Shown: in pieces, positions 24,001 to 38,100 of the stretch
Layout: the number at the start of each line of letters is the position of its first letter
How positions within the stretch are numbered: position 1 is the stretch's first letter
NCBI RefSeq assembly: GCF_018350175.1
Contig: NC_058383.1
Span: 11,162,001 to 11,226,000 of the forward strand
Length of the DNA: 64,000 nucleotides
Origin: Felis catus
Taxonomy: Eukaryota
Direction of reading: 5' to 3'
Notes under the pieces: generated by a model
Told to the model about the DNA's origin: nothing
The model's database searches: none
The model's input: only the letters and a program-made list of their open reading frames with translations
Program-made: the position numbers and the translations under genes

Positions 24001-27000
24001 CGGAGGCCAGCTGGTGTTCCAAGTAAAGAGAAACTCTGAAGCCAGTTAGGCGGGGTGCCCGGGGGGTGCAGTCCGTTAAGCGCCTGACTCTTGATCTCGG
24101 CTCAGGTCGTGGCCTCACAGTTGGTGAGTTCAAGCCCCGCACGGGGCTCTGCGCTGCTTGGGATTCTCTCTCTCCCTCTCCAGCTTGTGCTCTCCGCCCC
24201 CACCTCTCTCTCTCCAAATAAAGAAACATGGGAAAACAAACAAACCAACCAACCAGCGAGGCCACACAGACCAGCGGGCTGCAGGGGGCACGAGGTCTCC
24301 AAGGGGAGGATGAATTCAGCCACCTCCAGGGTCCCATGCAGTCCCAGCTCTCGCACACCTGACCCTCCAAAGCAACAAGCGTCGGCTGAAAAGTCTCCGT
24401 CCGCCTCACCAGCATCCCGGCCCCCAGCAGACAGCCAGGATGATGGTTTCCGAGGGAAGAGGCCGGGCCTGACGTCACCCCAGCATCCCGACAGGCCACG
24501 CAGAGGCCTGGGTATCTTCACGGACGTCCGCCGTGTCTGAGCACACGGACCGTCCGCGTGGGGGGAGCCGGGGAGGTGGCCTGCCTCATCGCCATCAGGC
24601 CGGGGCCCCTAGGGGCCTCTCTGTCACCTTCTCCGCTCACCTGCTGGCTGACTGATGGCCCTGCCAGGCTGTCGCACTCCCCGGCCCTCCCTTCCCAGAC
24701 ACCACGACGTCCCCTCCACGCAGTCAGGGATCAGCAAGGGTTCCCTGTGTGCAGAATCCTGAGCCGAAGACCTGAATCTAGGGGGAGGCCCGAGCTGGCT
24801 TCGGGAGCCAGACCCCGTCTGGGACCGGAGCCTGCTTCCTGCGGGGTCATGATGCCCTGTGTCGGCCAGACCCCGCTGAGGTCACCTGCTGGCTCATCAC
24901 AGAGTAAGTGCAAGCCTTTGTGACGACAGCCTGGCTGGCCGAGCTTTAACATGAGCCCACGTTCTTCATGCCCACGGGATGGGCCGTGCAAACGGGGCCC
25001 AGAACAGGCATCTAGCACGTTCCAGGGACCTGCTTCCAAACGTTCCTGTTCCTTCGTTCCGCTGGGGTCTCTGAATGCCCACCAGCCCATTCTGAAATTC
25101 CGTCTGGGAAGCCGGGAGTGTTTCCTGCAAAGGGCCGCGGGTTCGGTCCAGAGCGAGGGAAGTTCAGCCACATCTCTCTCTCTGCAGCATGTCCAGTGAG
25201 GAGGGGGAGGGGCTGGGGTCCGACCTGCTCCCGAGACCCCGCTGGCCCCAGCTGATGCTTTTCTGCAACCGCACACCGCGAGCGACAGAAGCGCTCCGGG
25301 GTCTGTCCAGCGAGGTCCTTGCCAAAGGAAAGCCAGGCGGATGGCGTGGGTCCGGCTTTGTTCTCTCAACCAGCCTTTTTTATGTTTTTCCTGGGTCTTC
25401 GATAGGTCTCTTGTGTTGCTTCCGTTTCATTTCTGCTGTCTTCGGCAACTGGAGGCTGCTGTTTCAAGCTTTAGTTCTGGACTTGAAGGACGATCTTGAA
25501 AAGGGGTTTCTTCTTCTGTCAACACGGGCAAAACCCGCGTGCTCGTGTCACGGGCGGCCAGGATAATCACAGTGTGGGGGACGGTGCTGGCAGCTTCCAG
25601 GGTGACACACACGGGCAGGATTGCAAAAAGGGGGGTGGGGAGGGCACAAGGAATCACTGGGGTCTGGAGAAAGCTCCCGGACCCAGGCAGCAGCCTAACC
25701 CCGGTGGCTAGATCGTTCAGTCATTCAACAAACAGATCACTAAGCATCTTTATGTGTCAAGCACTGTTTCGGGTGCTGGGGCCCCGCCTTAAATAACTGG
25801 ACAATTAGGATGTACTGTGGAGGGGTGGGACACATGACATAGTGCATGAGATGCTTGTGCCACGGAGCAAATCAAAAACGTGGAGAAGGGGCAGAGGGCT
25901 GGCAGAACAGGGGTTTGCAACCTAAAACCGAGCAGGGGGCGGTTGCCAGGGGCTGTGGGGAGGGGGATACGGGGAGCAGTCATTTAATGGAAACAGAGTT
26001 TCAGTTTGAGCCGATAGAAAAGTTCTGGAGATGGATGGGGGTGACGGTTGCACAGCAGGGTGAATATACCTAACGCCACTGACTCGTGCACCCAAGAATG
26101 GTTAAGGGCGCCTGGGGGGCTCAGTCGGGTGAGCATCAGACTTCTGCTCAGGTCATGATCTTCCACGGTCCGCGAGTTCGAGCCCCGCATCGGGCTCTCT
26201 GCTGTCAGCACAGAGCCTGCTTCAGATCCTCTGTCCCCACCCCATCCCGCTCTCTGCCCCTCTCCTGCTCATGTGTGTTCGCTGTCTCAAAAATAAATAA
26301 ACATTAAAAAAAAAAAAAAAAGAAAGGTTAAAATGGTACATTTTGTTATGTATATTTGACCACAATAAAAAAGAAAATTGAGCAGGTACAGGGAAGGTCC
26401 CCATAAGACCCATAGAAGGGTCCTAGGGGAGGGGAGTACCTTGTGGCCAAGGGTAAGGAGTAGGCGGGGGCCCTAAGACCAGCTAGGAGGCTACTCTCTT
26501 CAAGGAGGCTGACAGGAGCGGGGGGGGGGGGGGGGGGGGGGGGGGCGGGGCAGGGGGGGCTGGGCCAGGCTGGCGGCGGTGGGTGTGGGTCCCTATGCGG
26601 CCAGGAAACAAGATTCCACAAGCTGAGGAGATAAGGTCAGTGAAAAGCACAAGGCCGTGGCAGGGAACGGTGGTCTTCCACAGCCAGCGCTCTGGCCAGA
26701 GGCACCAGGAGGGAGGTCAGCAGACTGACTGTCCTCACCTCTGACTCCAGCCTCCACTGACCCCTCACTTCTTTCCTCCAGGGACACCAGGGGAAGGTGA
26801 GAAACCTGGGGCAAAGGGCCGGCCAAGCCCTGCCCTGAGGGCCAAGGCCACAAGCTTCCGAGAGTGGCTTCCTTATTGTTTCCTTACGCATGTCCCAATG
26901 GCCTGGGGCAGCCCGGCAGGACGGAACAGGTTGTGCCAGGGTGGAAACACAGTCTGGGTGAAGTCCAGCCTCTTGCTTCATGAACACATACCCAAGCGCG

Positions 27001-29085
27001 GAGCACATCTGAGCTGACTGTGGTTCTCTTTCTTCCTTGGGGGATCTGAGATGGAAAAGGCCTAAGTGTGGACCTTGGCTTTACAGCCACCCACCCAAGA
27101 CAAGGTTGGAGCGGCTTTCTTATCTCTGAAAGAGGAAATAACTCCCTTGCAGAGTAGGGTAGGATTTAAGGAGGCCCTAAGCACACAAAGCAGTGCTCAA
27201 GATCCTGCATGGGGCGCCCTGGTGGCTCAGTTAAGTGCTGACTCTTGATTTCAACTCAGGTCATGATCTCACAGTTCGTGAGTGTGAGTTCAAGCCCCGT
27301 TCTGTGCTGACAGCGTGGAGCCTGCTTGGGATTCTCTTTCTCTCTCTCTCTCAAAATACATAAATAAATAAACATTAAAAAAAAAAAAAGATCCTGCTTA
27401 AGAACGTGTGGTCACGCGATGCCTTGAGTCAAGGAGCTGGCCCGGGGACCCCGGGCAGAACTGGACCTCCCCCGCCCCCAGCAGCATTCTCAGGGAGCGC
27501 GCAGGCCTCGCGGATCAGACAACGCCTTCTGCGTACAGGCTCGTGGCTTCTCTGGTGTTAAGTGATCTCTGCCGGATTCCAGATCTCCCCCTTCCTTGTG
27601 GGCCCCCACCGCAACCCTCGCCGAGAAAGGTCAGTCGCATAAAGTGGCCCCAGCCCAACACCCCTTGGCAGGTCACAGCCCCGGTCCACCACCTCCCCGT
27701 GATGACAATGTCAGAGATCATTCACTTCCAGATCTGACTTGGCTCAGCCATCCATCTGTTCCCTGTTCCCATCAGGGCGGTGGGCCGAGCCTTTCTTACC
27801 CAGGTCCCCCCGCGCCTGGCACAGGATGTGCCACGGTCTGGGCATCAGCGGCGCCAACTGAATGCACGACTTGTTCCCACTTCTCCGGCAGGAAAACTGA
27901 CGCTCAGTTAGGTTAAGGCTGTTACTGCCTCGGGTCCACTATGCTGGTCTCTGAGGCGGGACAGCTGGGAGGCAGGTGTGGCCCCGCAGCATCATCTCTG
28001 TGACGCAGCTCTTCCCCTCGGAGGAAGGTGCCCACCCTCTGAAACACACACGTCACGGGAGGCACCGGCCAGAAAATTCCTAACGGCCTGTTCTCAGGAA
28101 CAAAAACCTGGCTACAACCCAGACGCCCATCACTGGGCGAGGAGAAGGACAATGACAGAAGACGATTACCCAGCCATCAAAATGAACGGTCCACAGTGAC
28201 TTGCAAGAATATGAATGCGGCTCAGCCGTACGACAGCAGAGGGAAAAGGAAGCCCCCAAACATCATGCACAGCGTCGTATATTTTGGCGGCATTAGGAGC
28301 TATCGTGTAAAAATTAAAGAAAAACCCAAAACACCACCTTTAAGACCACGTGTAGTTGCAACCTAACTACATAAAAAAAGAAGCCAGGGGGTGAAGGGTG
28401 CGGATTACCTGGGGGTGGAGGGGGTGGGGGGGCCTCTGGTCAAACACAGGTTATTGTCCGGACTTTTCTTTTGCTCTGGCTTTGCACCTTCTAATGCGAG
28501 TCGGTCAGGTAAGTGATTAAGGCGGGCTTGCAAGGACGCACGGAGGGTCACAGGGTCACGCTTGGGCCGAGGTCCTCTGGGGCGAATGTGAGGGGCCGCA
28601 GGCACGGCCTGAAGGCAGACCGTGTGGGAACGCGGCTCGAGAGCCACCCGGAAGAGGTGGCCGGAGACGGGTCCAGGCGCCAGAATCCACAAGAGCCCCA
28701 GGACGGGATGGGCAGGACTGGCCCCAGGACTACAGCACCCCCCTTCCCCGGTCCAGTTCACCCACTTGGGCCGTGGCTGGCCAGGGATTTGGGGGTTCAC
28801 CTTGGCTCCACGGAGAGAGCTTCACTCCCCAACTCGGTCCCCACGGTCCAGGCTCTGTGTGACCCTCCGATGGAGCTGTGGGCCACGAGCTCACGCTCGG
28901 CAAAGAGCACTGCTTTTGGAGTCAGGGGGCCTGGGTTCGAGTCCCAGTGACGGCATCGGCACTGTGGCCTTAGACACTTCCACGGCCCCTGAGCCCGTCT
29001 CTCCAGCCATCAAGAGGGGTCCCCCCACCCCGCCCCTGATCGCCAGGGCCAGGGTGAGAGGTCGGCACCCTCACACAGCCGCTGA

Positions 29086-29129
<44 letters not shown>

Positions 29130-32100
29130 CCTGCCCACCTGCCCTTCCAAGGATGCAAACGGCTTTGCGCCAGGATGCTGAACACAAGAACCAAAATACC
29201 GGACCCTGAAGCAATCGTAGTCCTGGCCACCCCCTCCCCAAGTCCCTGACACTGTTAATTAGAAACAAGAGTCCCTAGATGGCTTGCTATCGCGGGACTT
29301 TACAGCCAAGCAGGGGCACTGCCTGGGGTTGCTGTCTTGCTGCCTGGCGACTCCATGAGTGCCCCCGGCTGCTGGGTCACCCCAGCGCTCCTGTGGCCGC
29401 TCCGATGCTGTGCCGTGTGCGGCTGGCTCTGGGGCAGGGTGTCCTGGGCGGCCTCCTTGGCTGACCCCATCCTTAGATGACCCCTGTCCGGCACCGTCCT
29501 TCTCAGCAATGGCCTCCAGCCGGAAATGCCCCCACTCCAGGGCCTGGCTCCTACCCATCCCCCCTCTCGGGATCAGCTGGGCCCTCCTTCCCCCTCCGCA
29601 CCCCAAGCTGCACCCCCAATTTCCTAAGATTCAGGCCAGCTGGGGAGCGCCCCCTCTCAAAGCAGCTCGGTTTTCTCACCCATCTTATGCCTTGTCTCTG
29701 GCCAGAGAAAACCAGTCCCAAGGCAACCTTCTCTCCCTTTCTCCCCTCCCACAGGGGACTCCATCTCATTCTTGGCTTCCTGGTCTTACCGACCAACAGG
29801 CTCAAGTTTCCAATATCCTAAAAAAAGCCTCCCTGATCCTCATCTCCTCCTCGGGCCGCCACCTTCTTCCCTCCCCTCCCCTCCCCTCCCCCAGCCGGTC
29901 ACGCCAACCCTCTGGCTATTGCCACCGGCCGGGACAGTGCTGCTCCGCTCAGCAATGACCTCCCCCAGCCACTCCGCAGCCTCTTCCGTCACGCCCTCCC
30001 GTCCTTGCCCTTGATCGGCTGGACCCCACACGGCTGGCCAAGGCCCTCCCCTGGACCCTGGAATCTACCAGCTTCTGACAGTGACACTCCTCTTTGGTTT
30101 CCTGTGGTAACTTCTTCTCCCCGATGCAGGTGGACCTTGAGGGGGCCCCCTTGTCACTCCCAGGGTCCCAGCGGCGGTGGTCCCAAGCTTCCAACGTGCA
30201 CTTTGCCTACGCTGCTTTGGACTCACTTCACACACCTGCCCTCGGGGAGAGAGAGTGTTGATCCCATTTCACAGATGAGGAAACCGAGGACAGGAACCTG
30301 TCAGAGAGCCAAGATGGCCACACGTGTGTGCCCTTCACCCTGACAGGCACCCCAGTCCTCAGCCCTAAAAACCCACGGCCACCCCCTTGGGCTTGGCCCA
30401 CAGCCAGTCACCAGGGCAGAGCCGAGGCCCGGGGCTGCCCCCACCTGGGGGCCGGGAGGTTGAGTCATCTCAGAGAACATTCTCGTTTTCCACTGCTGTG
30501 GCGTCTGTTACGGAAGGCCCAGCTGACACTGGCAACTCGATCTGTTTACTCTTGGATTCCTAGCCCAGCAGAGCGAGGCCCTCACACGGGCCTCCCCTCA
30601 GGCATGCGACAAGCCCCGGCCAGTTGGGAGTCCTGTTCGGGCAATGGACCTTCAACAGGAGGCAAGGGTGGTGGGGGCGGGGCCGCGGCCTAGCAGACCC
30701 ACCCTGAGAGCTCCGATCCACGAGCCAGACCAGTGAGCAGAGGGAAAGGGGCGGTGAGGGTTTATTTAATTTGCGGAAAGCTTACAACAGGTTCCCCGTT
30801 GAACAAAAACCACAACGTCAAGCCAGGAAGGCCACGGTGTGCGACCTCTTTCAGCAATGGGACCCTGGATAGAGGGTGACCCAGCTTCTGCTTGCACGCC
30901 CCGAGGTTAGGGAAGCTCACTCCTTTTTTGAGGCGATTCATTCCATCCAGGGGTGGCTTATTTCTAGAAGGCTCTATCGATGTGGTCTCCGACACAGGGC
31001 CCGACGTGGGGCCCAAACCCACAAACAGCGAGATCATGACCTGAGGCAAAGACAAATGCTTTAACCGACTGAGCCACCCAGGTGACCCAAGAAACGTTTT
31101 TAATGAGATCAAAGCCGGGCTTGGATCATAATTTCTCATATCTTTTTTTTTCTTAACCCCAAACTTACAAAAAATTTTTTTTTAATGTTTATTTTTGAAA
31201 GACAGAGGGGGTGGGGTGGGGGAGTACACGAGCAGGAGAGGAGCAGAGAGAGAGAATCTGAAGCAGGCTCCACACTGTCAGCTCAGAGCCCGATGCGGGG
31301 TTTGATCTCATGAATCGAACCATGAGATCAGGACCTGAGCCAAGACCAAGAGTCAGACGCTTAACGGAGCCACCCAGGCGCCCCTTTTTACCCCAAACTT
31401 TTTAAAAACGGTGGCATGATTTACCATAATGAAACACACACATTTCAGCTGTACAGGTAGATGAGTTTCTGCAGACGTATAATCCCATGTAGCCCTGTCC
31501 CAATAACTCATGAATGTCCCCAGCACCGCAGAGTCTCTGTCCCTCGCTGTCAGCCCCTACGACCCACGACAGGAAACCCCTGCTCCAGGTCCTAACTGCA
31601 TGGATCAGTGTGCGTTGTGTGTTTCACCACCAGGAAATCACACAGTGGGTACCATTTTGTGTCTGGCTTGTTTTGTTCCACGTATTTTGAGATCAGGGCG
31701 CCTGGGTGGCTCAGCTGGTTGAGCGTCCGACTTCGGCTCAGGTCACGATCTCTTTGGGAGTTTGAGCCCCACATCAGGCTCCGTACTGACAGCTCAGAGC
31801 CTAGAGCCTGGAGCCTGCTCTGGATTCTGTGTCTCCCTCTGCCTCTCCCCTGCTCTCACTCTCTCTGTCTCTCTCAAAAATAAATAAAACATTAAAAAAA
31901 TTTTTTTAGGGGCGCCTGGGTGGTTCAGTCGGTTGAGCGTCCGCCTTCGACTCAGGTCATGATCTGGCAGTCTCTGAGTTCGAGCCCCGCATTGGGCTCT
32001 GTGTCTCCCTCTCTCTCTGCCCCTCCCCCACTCATGCTCTGTCTCTCTCTGTCAAAAAATAAAATAAACATTAAAAAAATTTTTAAAAAAATTTTTAAAT

Positions 32101-35100
32101 GTATTTTGAGATCAATCCATTTCTCTGTCGAGTCTATAGTTATTTTTATTGCTAAAAAATATGTTTATATGTATTGATTACATATTTTTATTTACCCCTT
32201 TCTCTTGTTGATGACATTTGGTTGTTTCCGGTTTTTGGCTACTATGGATAAAGACACTATGAACCTCCGTATTTAAAAACAATAACAACAAATCTCCTGG
32301 CTGGCTTCCTAGGCCCCAAATTCCCATAATTCCACAAAAGCAGCTCAGGCTCTCCCCAAGAACTCTCTTTGCACATTCTGACCACCCCCCCCAACCTGCC
32401 TATGCCCCCCTCCCATGGGTGGGGTGCCTAGGATGGGCTAGAGGAGGGACACAGAAGCCGAGGCCTGGAGGAAGAGATCTAGGCAGGGGATGCAGCACAC
32501 AGAGGGATCCTGCATGGAGAGACCCTAACTCAAGGAAGGGAAATAGTCTTACGGTGATGTGGTTGAACTGTCTACACTCATGGAAAGGTGGAACATCTTC
32601 TACACTTTGTAACACAACGTTGAGTGGGAACAAAAGCAAGGCCCAGAAGATGACCCGCAGCCAGATGGCCTTTTTCAGATACATACATGGGACCAAACTA
32701 GAAGTCAAGGGAAAGGTAAGCGTGGGTAGGAGGCAGTTACCGTCAACGCCGTGGTCGCAGTGATGGGGGTGCTGTTCTTCAAACAATAAACAAACATAAA
32801 ATTAAAGTGGGATCGATATGTATCACAGACCAGGGGCGCCTGGGTGGCTCAGTTAGGTTGAGCATCCGACTTCAGATCAGGTCATGATCTCACCGCTCAT
32901 GAGTTCGAGCCCCGTGTCGTCGGGCTCTGGGCTGACAGCTCAGAGCCTGGAGCCTGCTTTGGATTCTGTGTCTCCCTCTCTCTGCCCCTCCCCTGCTCTT
33001 CTCTCTCTCTGTCTCTCAATAATAAATAAATGTTAAAAAAAAATTTTTTTTTAAAGCTTTGAAACAGGGGCGCCTGGGTGGCTCAGTCGGTTAAGCGTCC
33101 GACTTCAGCTCAGGTCACGATCTCGCGGTCAGTGAGTTCGAGCCCCGCGTCGGGCTCTGGGCTGATGGCTCAGAGCCTGGAGCCTGCTTCCCATTCTGTG
33201 TCTCCCTCTCTCTCTGTCCCTCCCCCATTCATATTCTGTCTCTCTCTGTCTCCAAAATAAATAAACGTTAAAAAAAAAATTTAAAAGCTTTGAAACAGAG
33301 GAGACAAACCCTAAGAGACTCTTAAATACAGAGAACAAACTGAGGGTTGCTGGTGGGGTGTTTGTTGGGGGTTGGGCTAGATGGCTGATGGGCATTAAGG
33401 AGGGCACTTGTGATGAGCACTGAGTGTTGTCTGTAAGTGATGAATCACTAAATTCTATTCCTGAAGTGATTATTACACTATATGGTAACTAACTTGGATT
33501 TAAATTAAAGAAAAAAAAAAAGTAAAAAAAAAAAACCTTAGCCCAGCACTTGGCACAGACGAGGTGGTAAAGTTTTGACTAAATGAATTAATGAAAACCA
33601 TTCAGCATGATCAAATTAAAAAAAAAAAAGCTTTGAAACCTCTGAGGCGGGGTTGGGGGGGTGGTGACGGCAACAGATTGGGTCTGTTTTAAGCAGCCCA
33701 CTTTGGAGGCATGGAGAGTCATTCCTGCATGTCCCCCACAATGTCCCTGTGCAGTTTCTGCTCCTGCTTGGGTCCCGTCTTCCCTCAGGTGGGGGGAACT
33801 GGGCTCAGGCTCCATCCGTCGCAGCCCAAAGTGGGGACCCCGGGGGATTCTGGGACGCAGGACCCAGGAAAGGAAGCCCGTGAGTTTGGCCATGTCAGAC
33901 AGGCACCTAGGCGGACCCCCACCTCCCGTGCCCCTCCAGTCGGGAGCCCCGAGGAGCTGTGCCCAGCCAGCCACCGCTGTCTGGACCAAGTCAGCAGTAT
34001 CTGCCCAAGGGCCCCCCAAGATCAGGAGCTGCACACAGATGCACCTGTAGGGGTCCCAGGGACAGGAAACAAAGCGGGGGTGGGATGGAGAAGGAGGACG
34101 GGGGTGGGGGTGGATCTCGGTCAAGGAAGAGCTTGGAAATGTCTAGAACAGAGGTTACACTCAAAGGCCCGCAAGGGGCAGGCGGCTGAGCCCATGGGGT
34201 GAAGGGAACCAGGGTTAAGACCTGCTTTGCATGTCAAACACCCAGGAATGTCCACGGGTTGCACCAGGAAGCAGGCTTTCCTTCTCAGCCTGTTTCCTTC
34301 CTTGCACTTTTGGGAAAGAAGAACAGAGACGTGTTTTTCTGGACCCAAGAAACTGGTCGGTGATAACACGATGACAAATGGGTCCAGTACCTGGTCTGGC
34401 CGGGGGCGGGGGTGAGGGTGGGGGGGCAGGAAGCAGAAAGGATCGAGGCTGCCTTGGGCGGTGGGGAGGCTCCTTCCCTGCTGAAAGGGGAGTCAGCCGC
34501 CACTCAGCTCTGATAACCTATTACCCTGTGGGTCCTGGGTCACAAGGTCTTCCAATTTTTCCAGAGAAGACGGAAATCCGGAGTTTTGTGATCTCTCTCC
34601 GCATTTAAAATGTTTTGAAAACACACCGGGTGGGCCGAAGAAAACACGTCTGGCTTACAAATACCGCCTTTTCCTTCCCAGACCCCTAAAAGTTCTCAAG
34701 GGTCTTGGGTTTGGGTGGGGGAGGGGGGGAGTCAAGTTCCTGGATGGCAAGGGGTGCCCGTGTATATGATCGCTCGTGGGGTCTGCGCCTGGAGCACCGA
34801 GGGGGCTCAGAGCTCCCCGGGCGGCCTCTGAGGTTGGGGTCAGCAGCAGGTGGAGCAAAAACGTAAACCAGATCAAAGCAAGCGGCCTGCTCCAATGTGC
34901 CAACTCTGGACACTGAGTGGGAGTCTCGGCAGCCCGCTGCTCTGAGCGGCCTGCCTCCCTCTGCAGTTCGCCGGTGCCCAAGCCCAGAGCCTGGGAAGGC
35001 ACAGCTCAGGGTCTCCTCGCCTGTCGCCCCCCTGCAAGGGTCTTCAGTTGGGAGTCAGGAAGGAGCACGAGCTCTGACTCCCGGCCCCGCTCTCAGCAAG

Positions 35101-38100
35101 CTGGGTGACCCCAGGTATGTCCTGTGCCTCTCTGAGCTTTGGGCTGTACCTTGGCACTCCTCGAGTCAGAACGCGTGGCCTGTCCACCACGGTTCCACGG
35201 GCCCAGTGCTGTTTGCTGTGGGTGACGATGTGTTTATATAAGGCGGGGGGGGGGGGGGGACGGGATTCAGGGAATAAGCAGAGACAGGTAACAGGTAGAC
35301 GCTGGGGAGTCGGGAGCTCGGGGAGGGCATCCTGGAGGTGGTGGTGCCCGAGCGGGAAGCAGAAGAGCCTCAGTCCAAGCAGATCTAGAACCGCACTGCC
35401 TGGGAGAGCTTCCTGGAGAGCGGAAACGTCCTGCACCCACGCCGTCCAGTTCGATAGCCACTGGCCACATGTGGCCACTGAGCCCTTTGAGATGTGGCTG
35501 GTGCGGTTGAGGAGGCCGTGATTTGATTTGATTTTAATTAATTTGCGTTTGCGCAGCCACATGTGGCTAGAGGCTACCAATGCGGATGGTGCGGTTCTGG
35601 GCCTTTTCGGTCCCCCACTCGCTCGAACGCCAGCAGCCTCCACCCCGGTCCCTGATCTTCCCCTGTGGTTAACCGCTCCCCCCCACCCCCCCACCCCCAG
35701 TCAGCACCGGGACCGTTCCAGGCTCGGGTTCCATCCTGGCTCCGTGATGTCAGCAAGGCCCTCAGGGACACAGCACTCACTAGTGTCCCCAGAAAGTCCT
35801 TCTGATGTTTGCTGAGCTCCTGGGAGAAGACGACAGACACTGACCCTGAGCACTTGAAATGACCCCAGCTTTTCTTTTTTTATTAAACAATTTTTAAGTT
35901 TATTTATTTGTCCTGAGAGAATAAATATTCTGAGAGAGCGGGGGAGGGGCAGAGAGAGAGAGAGCGAGGGAGACAGAGAATCCCAAGCAGGCTCTGCACT
36001 GTCAGCACAGAGCCTGACACAGGGCTCGATCTCATGAACCGCGAGATCGTGACCTGAGCCGGAATCAAGGGTCGGACGCTTAACCGCCTGAGCCCCCCAG
36101 GCACCCCCAAGGAGCTCAGCCTTGAGCCACGAAGAAAGGGCAGGAAAACTGTTTGCTGTGCCTCTGGGGCCTGACCTCCTGCTTCGCTCTTCCCCCTCCC
36201 ATTACCAAGGTGGGCACACTGAGGCTCAGGACACAGTCCCGTCAGCGAAGGAAGAGGGTCTGAACAAGCCCAGAGCCTGGGCTCCTTCCACTGGCCCTCA
36301 CTGCTGGGGCCTGGGAGGGCAGGGGTGGCGTGGGGGACACAGAGGGCACAGAGTTCCCTAACACAGCACCAGCCACTGGGTGGCTTAAAACACAGAAACT
36401 GACCTCGCCCAGTTCTGGAGGCTGGAGGCAGACTGCAAACTCCCTGGTGTCACCTCTTACAAGAACACTAATCTTTCTGGGTCAGGGCCCCACCCTTCTG
36501 ACCTCATTTGACCTTAACTACCTCCTAAAGGCCTGATCTCCAAATACTGTCCCCATTTGGGATTAGGGTGTCAGCACATGAGTCTTAGGGGACACGGGCA
36601 TTCGGCCCACAGCCATGAATGGGGGGGAGCCACGTCAAGGGCGAACAAAGCTGGGGGAGCTTCCCAGAGGGGACCCCGCCCATGGGGTCTCTATGCTGCA
36701 CCCTCAAGGACAAGAGGGCAGAAAGGGGGTCCCCGGGAAGGGCCCAGCACAGTGTGTGAAGCTGGAACACGTGATCACACGGAGGGAGAAGGAGCTGAGG
36801 CCGTGCCCCGCTCCCTCCTCGCCACCCCCGTGTCTTAGCTGCAACAGCCCTCCTGACATCTCTTAGTAGACACCACCCGCAGGGCCCTGGGGCCGGGGCC
36901 TGCTCCATACCCTGGGGGACTGGTGTGACCACCGTGCACCACGGCCAGTCCTTTCTTTTTGGGGTTCAGTTCCAAATCCATGAAATAAAAGTGGAGCCCG
37001 TGATGCGAGGCTTGGTCCTGCCCAGAGCAGCCAACAACTAGGGACTCAACGTGCTATCTTTCTCCCCCAGGAAGACAGCACTTACCCAAATGATGGGGGC
37101 CAGGCCTGTGGGTGGGGACAGGAGAGGGGCGGATGTGACACCCTGTCTCCAGCCTCCCTGGCAGTCTGCTCTCCCCAGGTGGGCCCAGCCAGAGCGAGGC
37201 TTCGTTTACCACGTGGACTGAGGTCACTGGCCCCTGAGCTTTCTAGAATGTTCAGGCACCTGGCCTGGGGGTCAAACTTGAGCTGAAACCCACCTACAAG
37301 CCCCACGCCCCAGCTGCCTCACGGCCCCCCGCACTCTAGCTAACTAACTGCACACTGGCTTCGAGTCAAGACTGGGGCCTAAAACTGACACATGCAAACC
37401 CCCCCGCCCCGGAGCCAGGTCCCCCCTTACAACCTAACCTCCCCAGCGCTGCCTCCCCAAGGACACTGCATCTGGTTGTGCCCGGTTTACGCCTGTCATC
37501 GCCTCTCGGAGCTGCCCTGAGCACTTGGTGACAGTCCAGTGGCCAACCGGCCCTGCCCCCTGGGGAGGAGGTCTAGGCCCTGAGGGCTTTCCACGGGCTT
37601 TGGGACAAATTGCTCACTTTTATTAGAATTCTCACTTGGCTATGGCCAACATCCCCGGGGCCGCGTTCAATTTGCCGAAGTCACCGAGACAGAGAAAGTG
37701 AGGGAGACAGTGGTGACAGAAAAAAGGAGAGAAAGTCTAGAAAGCGGCGTAAAAATGGCCAAGCTGGCCGAGTTGGCATTATCGTCCCATCTTGCGGATG
37801 AAGAAACCGAGGCTCGGAGAGGTCAACGCCCTGCCAAAGGCTATGAGCTGGTAAGTGGACAGGATGTGCCACACGTGTCAGGTAAGTGGTCTGTGGGGGC
37901 TGTCAGTAGACCCTCTGGGCCCCAGAGGTCAGACCCTCCGTGGCATCGTCTTCTCTAACTGCGCAGGAGGTGGGTGACCCCAGGGCTGATCATCTTTGGC
38001 AGGAGTGAGCCCCCTGAGGGTGAAAGGGGCCAGAAGCTGCCTACTCACCGCCCTGGGGTGGGAAGGTGCTTCTATGGGGGTGTGGCACCCGTCACCTCTG

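Noticed and set aside
28403..28432. C-rich tract plus CAG|GTAATC as a recursive splice site in intron 1
   Set aside because: Appears to lie in an antisense L1 remnant, has a U-poor tract, and has no independent support.
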